Shown: positions 26,112-32,000 of the stretch, piece by piece
Position numbering within the stretch: the first letter of the stretch is position 1
Layout: every line of letters begins with the position of its first letter
Source: Telmatocola sphagniphila
GTDB taxonomy: Bacteria; Planctomycetota; Planctomycetia; Gemmatales; Gemmataceae
Direction of reading: 5' to 3'
DNA length: 32,000 nucleotides
Assembly (NCBI RefSeq): GCF_018398935.1
Contig: NZ_CP074694.1
Coordinates: 4,110,001 to 4,142,000, forward strand
The notes under the pieces: model-generated
The model's database searches: none
The model's input: only the letters and a program-made list of their open reading frames with translations
What the model was told of the DNA's origin: nothing
Program-made: the position numbers and the translations under genes

Positions 26112-26510
26112 TTGCAAGGTAGGACCGAAATGTCGAGTCGAGAAGGAATCGGGCTGTTGTTGATTGCTCATGGCAGCCGGCGCAAGCAGGCCAATGAAGA
26201 TCTCGAATGGCTGGCCGGGAGAATCCGCGAAACGGCCACTTTTCGGTTCGTGCAAACTTCTTATCTGGAACTGACCGAACCCAACATCCTACAGGGTGGC
26301 ACTTTGTGTGCTCAGCAAATGGTTTCGACAGTGGTCATGATGCCCTATTTTCTCTCGCCTGGTGTCCACGTCCGGGAGGATCTGACCGAAGCACGGGATC
26401 AATTGATCGCGCAATATCCCGATGTGAAATTTCTGTTAGCGGAACCGTTGGGAAGGCACCCCCTGCTGGTGGAAATCGTCCAGCAGCGGATTGGAGAAGC
26501 GACGAACTAA
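26112..26510 (+). CDS. CbiX/SirB-type small chelatase (sirohydrochlorin ferro/cobalto-chelatase family)
   Basis: GLLLIAHGSRRKQANEDL with the catalytic His, and VVMMPYFLSPGVHVREDL. Single-domain size of about 130 aa. An alternative start is at 26130 (MSSREG). Confidence 0.7.
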   Translation: MQGRTEMSSREGIGLLLIAHGSRRKQANEDLEWLAGRIRETATFRFVQTSYLELTEPNILQGGTLCAQQMVSTVVMMPYFLSPGVHVREDLTEARDQLIAQYPDVKFLLAEPLGRHPLLVEIVQQRIGEATN

Positions 26511-26524
26511 ACAACCTATGGCGA

Positions 26525-26977
26525 TCAGGGACTGCGGTATTTCTGAAATTGTTTTTCGATTTCCGGATTCCAGGGATATAGGTAAACGCGGCCACCATGT
26601 TCGCCGGGAGAATTAGGCGTTAAAGCCACGGTATACTGATCGCCTTGTTTCTTGCCTAAAAGCAGCAGGTGCTTCCCGGATTCCAATTTTTTCTTTTCCG
26701 GATAATTGGCATCCGCGAGATTGATGATGGAGATGCTTTTCGGCAATTCCGGCTTTTGCTTATCCCAGTGCAGATCCTCTACTACCTGAACTTCCGGCGA
26801 AGGATCCCCTTTCTCATCCACCTTGATGTCCGCAACGACTGCCCACTCGGTTGTGAGTAATTGCGAACGGGAAAGGATGACGGGGTGGTTGAAGTTCAGA
26901 GCCAGGTACGCCAAATAAGCGATCCAGCCGAAAAAGAGCACGGCTGCGATGTAGAGGCGAATTTTCGCGAAAATCAT
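26525..26977 (-). CDS. Hypothetical N-terminally membrane-anchored protein
   Basis: 150-aa ORF with TM helix IRLYIAAVLFFGWIAYLAYLAL. Its ATG overlaps the stop of the upstream gene (ATGA at 26974-26977), which supports real translation. No family recognised. Confidence 0.5.
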   Translation of the reverse strand: MIFAKIRLYIAAVLFFGWIAYLAYLALNFNHPVILSRSQLLTTEWAVVADIKVDEKGDPSPEVQVVEDLHWDKQKPELPKSISIINLADANYPEKKKLESGKHLLLLGKKQGDQYTVALTPNSPGEHGGRVYLYPWNPEIEKQFQKYRSP

Positions 26978-27399
26978 CGAGTGCCTCGTTTGGACCAGGG
27001 GGTTTCTGCCAGGGAGATGGCAAAGTCCTCGGTCAGGGCATGCTCCAAATCGAATAGTTGATGAAAGTGATCCCGGCTATCATTCTCGTTCTTGTAGAGA
27101 ATGCCGGCATCGATCAGGTGGAAGACGATTTCACCGATGTCGTCGGTACAGGTGAGCTTCCAGTGGCGGAAAACGGCATTGGCCAGCATTCCGAATTCCT
27201 GCTTGGCATATTCGACCGCTCCGACAGCCAGTTCTGGACCACTGATGTGGTGCCGGGCATCGGGAGGTGTGACATCCCCCGGATCGCGGCCCAATCGTTT
27301 CTGCGTGAATTTTAAGGCCTCTTCAATGAAATCGTAGGCCTCATAAGGGTACCGACCGCCCTTTTGAGCGATCTCCAAAATCGCAGGTTGATATTTCAT
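26974..27399 (-). CDS. Minf_1886-like protein (small conserved protein family restricted to Planctomycetes/Verrucomicrobia)
   Basis: 141 aa. YPYEAYDFIEEALKFTQKRLGR...RHHISGPELAVGAVEYAKQEFGMLANAVFRHWKLTCTDDIGEIVFHLIDAGILYKNENDSRDHF matches my recollection of this family. The assignment is from memory only. Confidence 0.5.
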   Translation of the reverse strand: MKYQPAILEIAQKGGRYPYEAYDFIEEALKFTQKRLGRDPGDVTPPDARHHISGPELAVGAVEYAKQEFGMLANAVFRHWKLTCTDDIGEIVFHLIDAGILYKNENDSRDHFHQLFDLEHALTEDFAISLAETPWSKRGTR

Positions 27400-27554
27400 A
27401 GCGCTCGAAAGCGAGTGATAAGTTTACTAGCGAGAGATTTTTCTTCGCTAATTATTTATAGCGATCTTGGCCGGAAATTGCTTCCGATACAAGATGAAAA
27501 TCGAACAAAAATTTCCGCTGTGGAAAATCGCCGGAATCACTCTAGACTTCTGGG

Positions 27555-28307
27555 ATGAAACTTGATCCACGCGTTGCCCTGATCACTGGTGCCTCCAGCG
27601 GAATCGGTGCCGCTCTGGCCAGGGAATTCGCCCGGAACAACTGGTCGGTTGGACTGATCGCACGTCGCAAAGACAAATTAATCGAATTGACCGAAGCCCT
27701 CCGGCAGTCGGGAGCCATCGCCGAATACTCCGAAGCCGACGTCGCTCAGATCGAGTCGTTGCAACGGGCTGTAGCGCAGCTTCGAGAGAAATTAGGACCG
27801 ATCGATTTGATGATCGCCAATGCCGGCATCGGCATCCCAACGCGAATTGAACCATTTAATCGGATGGAGATCGAGTCCACATTCCAGATCAACACACTGG
27901 GCGTCGTTTATGCGTTCGATGCCGTACTGCCCGAAATGCTGCAACGCCAATCGGGTCAACTTGTGGCCATTTCCAGTTTGGCAGGTTTTCAGGGACTGCC
28001 CGGAGAATCCGCCTATTGTGCCAGTAAAGCCGCCGTGAATGTCTTCCTGGAAGGTCTGCGAATGCAGTTGCGTGGCCGGGGAATTGCCGTGACCTGTGTC
28101 TGTCCCGGGTTCGTGAAAACACCGATGACCGATAAGGATCCCTACCCTCAGCCTTTTCAGATGAGTGCGGAAAAAGCAGCCACGATCATTTACCGCGGCA
28201 TTCAGAAAAAGAAGAAAGTATTGCGCTTCCCCTGGCAGACTTCGCTGATGATGCGAGTGGTTCGCTGGTTACCCGACTGGCTTGTCATCAAACTTGTGGA
28301 GCATTGA
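27555..28307 (+). CDS. Short-chain dehydrogenase/reductase (SDR) family oxidoreductase
   Basis: Cofactor motif ITGASSGIGAALA, NAGIG, catalytic SSLAG...YCASKAA, and PGFVKTPM. Confidence 0.9.
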   Translation: MKLDPRVALITGASSGIGAALAREFARNNWSVGLIARRKDKLIELTEALRQSGAIAEYSEADVAQIESLQRAVAQLREKLGPIDLMIANAGIGIPTRIEPFNRMEIESTFQINTLGVVYAFDAVLPEMLQRQSGQLVAISSLAGFQGLPGESAYCASKAAVNVFLEGLRMQLRGRGIAVTCVCPGFVKTPMTDKDPYPQPFQMSAEKAATIIYRGIQKKKKVLRFPWQTSLMMRVVRWLPDWLVIKLVEH

Positions 28308-28324
28308 AGTCGAGAATCGGAAGA

Positions 28325-29143
28325 TCAGTCTTTGGCTGACTTTTTCTGCGCGAAGAATACGGGCTCAACGCTCTTCTGAATTCGCGTAAGACTGAAACCA
28401 AAGGGATTGATGAAACTGTTGATTTCCTGCTCCGAGGTATTGGGGTGAATTTCGAGAACGATGGCTTTAACCCGTTTTAGCCATTCGTTATTCGAGCCAA
28501 GTAAATCCTTCTCGGTTCCTTCGATATCGATTTTCAGAAGATCAATATGGCTCCATCCCGACTCGCTAAGCAGATCCGGAACCGTGCGTACCGGGACTTT
28601 GACTCCGGAACTCAGATCGTGCATCGGCGACGTTTCCAGGGCGCTGCAGGTGGGATTGTCTCCAAACCGTAAAATCAATTCCCCGGCTTCCGAGGAGACT
28701 GCGGCAGGCACCACCTTAGCACGTATCTGATTGGCCTGGATTGTCTGTTCCAGAAGCGGCAGGTTTCTCGGATCGGGTTCGACGCAAATGAACTGAGCAT
28801 CGGGATAGACCGCATTCATATACGCCGTGGCCATCCCGGCATTAGCCCCAAGATCGACGATCAACTTAGGTGATTCGTTCAAAAATTTCCGAAGGTCATA
28901 CTCTTCCCCTAGAAAAAGATTGGCCATCGTAAAGGCATGCGCGGAAGTGAGGTAAAGATGAATTCTCTTCCCGTCAACGCGAATTGAACTCTCAATCTTG
29001 GGAGCCTCTTCTCCACGACGACTACGAACTCTATCCCGATAGTGAATTCGCGTGTACTGGCCGGGCATCATACCATGCAGAGAAAGTCGAAAGTCGGTTG
29101 CCAAAGTTTTTGTCAGACTGCGAAGAGAGGATAAGATATTCAT
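28325..29143 (-). CDS. FkbM-family SAM-dependent methyltransferase
   Basis: VDLGANAGMATAYM (SAM-binding glycine motif), VCVEPDPRN, IDLLKIDIEGTEKDLL, VLEIH. Start set at MNILSS (29143). The ORF is open to 29251, but the extra 36 codons are very AT-rich and look non-coding. Confidence 0.7.
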   Translation of the reverse strand: MNILSSLRSLTKTLATDFRLSLHGMMPGQYTRIHYRDRVRSRRGEEAPKIESSIRVDGKRIHLYLTSAHAFTMANLFLGEEYDLRKFLNESPKLIVDLGANAGMATAYMNAVYPDAQFICVEPDPRNLPLLEQTIQANQIRAKVVPAAVSSEAGELILRFGDNPTCSALETSPMHDLSSGVKVPVRTVPDLLSESGWSHIDLLKIDIEGTEKDLLGSNNEWLKRVKAIVLEIHPNTSEQEINSFINPFGFSLTRIQKSVEPVFFAQKKSAKD

Positions 29144-29328
29144 AGTGAGTATTAAATAAAACCAGAACAGACTGTATTGGCAACTACTGAGAAAAATGGA
29201 TAAGTAATTCCTGATACCATGGATCTGAGAATACGTAGACTCCCAGGTCAATTGTTACGCTATTGATCTATTTGAGTTCGTCGCGGTTCGCGATCGAAGT
29301 TTATTAGTGCGATGAGAACTAAGGTCCG

Positions 29329-29931
29329 ATGACCGATCTGCAAGCATTTCTCCGACATATCCGGGAGTACCCGTTCGACGCGACCCCTCGACTGATATTT
29401 GCCGACTGGCTGGAGGAGCAGGGAGACCTTTCAACGGCTAATTTCATTCGCGGACTACATTCGCCCGTGGCGGAAGAATCAGAATCTTCACAGCTAATCC
29501 TGTACCATACCACGCAAGATAGTTCACTTCGTTTTCAGAAGATATCTCGTCCTGGTTGGGAGATCGAAAACGGCTTTGTGCAGGCCGTCTCTTTTACCTG
29601 TTACGATTTCCTCTTCAATGTGAGAGATCTGTTCAACAGTCAGCCAATTACCGTAGTAAAGTTAATCGATAAGAAGCCTTTAGAACAGGAGAGGCAGTTT
29701 TTCTGGAGCCTCTCTTTTCTGAGATTTCCTAGCCCGATGCACGATTCCTATCTGCCCGCCGACATCGGGAGATTTTTGCCTCGCTTAAACGGCGAAACCG
29801 GCAATACGATCGGCTATGCCTCCTTAGAGATTGCCGAAGAGGCGCTTTCTCGCGCCTGCGTGGCTCATGGACGGAACATCGCCGGATTGCCGCCGCTGGT
29901 GTGGCCGGACTTTGAGGAGATTCGGAATTAG
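29329..29931 (+). CDS. TIGR02996-like domain protein (planctomycete/myxobacterial N-terminal domain), C-terminal part unknown
   Basis: N-terminus LQAFLRHIREYPFDATPRLIFADWLEEQGDLSTANFIRG matches the hallmark ..P.D...RLV(Y/F)ADWLEE.GD..RAEFIR signature. The remaining roughly 150 aa have no recognised motif. Confidence 0.6.
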   Translation: MTDLQAFLRHIREYPFDATPRLIFADWLEEQGDLSTANFIRGLHSPVAEESESSQLILYHTTQDSSLRFQKISRPGWEIENGFVQAVSFTCYDFLFNVRDLFNSQPITVVKLIDKKPLEQERQFFWSLSFLRFPSPMHDSYLPADIGRFLPRLNGETGNTIGYASLEIAEEALSRACVAHGRNIAGLPPLVWPDFEEIRN

Positions 29932-29949
29932 CAAACACCGGCCCGTTAA

Positions 29950-30432
29950 TCACGAGCTCAATTCGACGGACCACTCCTGGTCTTTTTCTTTAAGTTCAAA
30001 TCTCAGGCCCGACTGCTTCGGATCGCCGTATTTTACTGGCAAGACGACTTTTCGCTCGATTGGAGTGGAAGCCGGAGGAGCATCCTCAACCACCTTTTGC
30101 TGATCCTTCGCCTCGCTATTCTTGGGTTTCTGAGCTGCTCGAGTCGGATTTGGTCGCGGACCGACTTTCGGTAAATCCTGCTGAATACAAACTTCAACCG
30201 GCCCTTGGACCACGCCATCGACTGAATAGGTACCATCGTTGCGGAGTTTTACGAGGGTAGTTTTTTTATCCTGAGTCAGAAAGACCACGGTGGACTCTGT
30301 CAGCGGCTTACCATTCAGCGTGATTTTGCCGTGTACTCGGGAGCGAGGAAGATCCCCACCGCATCCTGCAAGAGACAGGAGTGCGATAGAGATGATTCCA
30401 AAGGAATAATGCAAACGCATGGGAAAGTCCAT
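29950..30432 (-). CDS. Lipoprotein with carboxypeptidase-regulatory-like beta-sandwich, partner of the DUF1559 gene
   Basis: Start at MDFPMRLHYS (30432; alternative at 30420). Lipobox LLSLAGCG. VHGKITLNGKPL..STVVF... is typical of the small lipoproteins that follow DUF1559 genes. It begins 10 bp after the DUF1559 stop. Confidence 0.6.
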   Translation of the reverse strand: MDFPMRLHYSFGIISIALLSLAGCGGDLPRSRVHGKITLNGKPLTESTVVFLTQDKKTTLVKLRNDGTYSVDGVVQGPVEVCIQQDLPKVGPRPNPTRAAQKPKNSEAKDQQKVVEDAPPASTPIERKVVLPVKYGDPKQSGLRFELKEKDQEWSVELSS

Positions 30433-30442
30433 TATTCGATGA

Positions 30443-31345
30443 TTACCAATCGGAGCCGAGAATTTCGCCTTGATCGGGAGTGCAGGCAGCCCACCAGGTC
30501 TGGGGAGAGACGCCGGATCCCACAAATCGCACGCTGCCATCGGCCATTCCTACGAGAATGCCGGAGGAGCGAAATGTGCTCGCCAAACGGGGGTCGCAAT
30601 TGGCATTCGCTCCGGTAGTGATGGGATTCACCTGAAACAGGGAAGCGACTCCTGTCAGCTGGTATTCGAAGACGGGATTCCACTCTTTCCAGGCGGTGCG
30701 ACCATAAGCCCAGATGTTGTAGTAATTGGGATCACCCTGAATTGCCGAATCGAAATAGTTGGAATTCTGACAGACGGTAATCTTCTCCGAGAGGAAAATC
30801 GTGTTCGAAGTTCCGTCGGTGATGCTCGCCATGTTTCGAATTTTCTGGGTGGCGTCATTGAGGAAGTAGCCGAGGCTCTGGTAATTTGCCGCGTAACCGG
30901 TCACACCGTAAAGTGCCCCGTAATCGTTTTCGAGGCCATTCGCCGGAGTTGTGGGATCGCCCGGATTGAGATAAGTTTTCACGGGATAGTTAGTGTAGAC
31001 CGACCAGAAATAGGTCGGCGTTTTTGCCGCCAAAGCGCTTTGTTCGATGTAGGCGAGAATGAAGTAATGCGTCGAACCGCAATGATTGTACCAGGTGGGA
31101 TTATAATCCGAATCCCAATCGACGAATGCGGGCGGAAAATGCCCGATCGCGTCGTGATAAGAATGCGTTGCCAGGGCCATTTGCTTCAGATTGTTCATGC
31201 TCTGCGTGCGAGCGGCCGCATCGCGTACTTTTTGCACTGCGGGCAGTAACAGGCCAATCAAGATGGCAATGATTGCGATGACGACTAGCAATTCAATCAG
31301 TGTGAATGCGGTGCGCGATACTCGAGTTGCCCGATAGTGAGTCAT
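30443..31345 (-). CDS. DUF1559 protein with prepilin-type N-terminal cleavage/methylation domain
   Basis: [53 protein letters not shown] is the canonical type IV pilin-like leader plus DUF1559 start. The C-terminal [14 protein letters not shown] corresponds to the H-X9-DG tail, here with Arg in the His position. Confidence 0.9.
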   Translation of the reverse strand: MTHYRATRVSRTAFTLIELLVVIAIIAILIGLLLPAVQKVRDAAARTQSMNNLKQMALATHSYHDAIGHFPPAFVDWDSDYNPTWYNHCGSTHYFILAYIEQSALAAKTPTYFWSVYTNYPVKTYLNPGDPTTPANGLENDYGALYGVTGYAANYQSLGYFLNDATQKIRNMASITDGTSNTIFLSEKITVCQNSNYFDSAIQGDPNYYNIWAYGRTAWKEWNPVFEYQLTGVASLFQVNPITTGANANCDPRLASTFRSSGILVGMADGSVRFVGSGVSPQTWWAACTPDQGEILGSDW

Positions 31346-31564
31346 TTTCCACCTCTACAGGAAGATCAATTCGAAGGAATACGATAATCACGTCGGGTAC
31401 AGTTTAAATACTGTCGGTGATGGATCGAAGTTCGCGGGATAAAGCTTTAGTGAAGACTGCAAACGACAAGAAATGTCCGCAAAAACTGCTACCGATTAAT
31501 AGAAATCCTGAGCTTTTAGTGACTCTTTAGAAGTGCTATTTTTTGTCCGACTGAACGATTTAGG

Positions 31565-31599
31565 CGAGGCACTGCCTTCTGAGGAATTGCAGTGCCTCG
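31565..31599 (-). terminator. Perfect 11-bp stem hairpin downstream of the esterase gene (candidate terminator)
   Basis: cgaggcactgc (31565-31575) pairs with gcagtgcctcg (31589-31599) across a 13-nt loop, 79 bp after the stop at 31678 on the minus strand. No U-tract follows on either strand. Confidence 0.4.
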
Positions 31600-31677
31600 A
31601 TTGGATATATGAGCCTGGAATACGAGAAAGGCTAGCCACTCGGATAGCTTTTCCAACTTGGCTCCTGAAGAAGAGGG

Positions 31678-32000
31678 CTACGACTTTTTATCCAGCGAAC
31701 TGTCCTTGAAGATGAGCTGCGCGAAGTGGTACAGGTCGCTTTTCCAGACTTTGAAATCGTGCGCGCCACCGGGAATGACGTTGTACGCATGAGGGATTTT
31801 TTTCTCCTCCAGAGCTTTATGAAGCCCCTCAGTGATCCGGAATAGTCCATCTTTGTCACCACAGGCCACATAGAGCAGCCGAAGTTTGGTGTTCATTTCC
31901 TCCGGATTCTTGATCAGATCCTGCGGCGGCCGGGTATTTGGGGCGGAGGAGAAACCGCCGACCCATGCAAAAGTGTTCAGGTTGCTGAGTCCAAAATTCA
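31678..32000 (-). CDS. Esterase-family alpha/beta hydrolase, C-terminal fragment (gene starts beyond the window end)
   Basis: The minus-strand frame stays open from 32000 down to the stop at 31678. Translation ...NFGLSNLNTFAWVGGFSSAPNTRPPQDLIKNPEEMNTKLRLLYVACGDKDGLF...IPGGAHDFKVW has the Asp and His regions of putative-esterase (enterochelin/feruloyl esterase-like) proteins. Confidence 0.7.
   Translation of the reverse strand, partial: NFGLSNLNTFAWVGGFSSAPNTRPPQDLIKNPEEMNTKLRLLYVACGDKDGLFRITEGLHKALEEKKIPHAYNVIPGGAHDFKVWKSDLYHFAQLIFKDSSLDKKS

Noticed and set aside
26061-26255. 65-codon N-terminal extension of the kinase ORF
   Set aside because: It would run through the divergent CbiX start (26112) and has no kinase-family features, so the internal ATG at 26060 is preferred. 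The true start remains unverified.
30470-31249. 259-aa plus-strand ORF opposite the DUF1559 gene
   Set aside because: The minus strand encodes the unmistakable prepilin leader plus DUF1559 sequence. The plus-strand product has no motifs.

Overview
All calls rest on motif recognition by eye from the supplied ORF translations; no searches were run, so family names are hypotheses to confirm. The window is a 32-kb chromosomal stretch that looks like a Planctomycetota genome. Supporting this are a prepilin-type/DUF1559 protein with a partner lipoprotein, a TIGR02996-like domain protein, a Minf_1886-like protein, a membrane Ser/Thr kinase and a PEP-CTERM surface protein. I support about 28 protein-coding genes, two of them truncated by the window edges. 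I recognised no rRNA, tRNA, CRISPR array, transposase or integrase. Gene packing is tight, with two ATGA start/stop overlaps and six convergent gene ends that are 18 bp apart or less, or overlapping. Most content is metabolic or transport housekeeping: amidase, dienelactone hydrolase, PxpB, cystathionine gamma-synthase-type PLP enzyme, CDF transporter, SulP plus beta-carbonic anhydrase, ABC-F ATPase, NagA, SDR and CbiX. Four things seem most worth a second look. (1) A minus-strand operon at 17504-20969 encodes a Tat-signal ApbE flavin transferase fused to a DUF2271 domain, which is a presumed flavinylation substrate. It is translationally coupled to a PepSY-type TM protein and followed by an LssY-like membrane protein. 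(2) A 1663-aa PEP-CTERM beta-helical surface protein is built from seven roughly 129-aa tandem units plus a second duplicated module. (3) An ATP-grasp / SfnG-like flavin monooxygenase / PLP enzyme cluster sits at 7581-10833. (4) A TPR-OGT-like glycosyltransferase overlaps, 3' end to 3' end, a Ser/Thr-kinase-NagA transcription unit.
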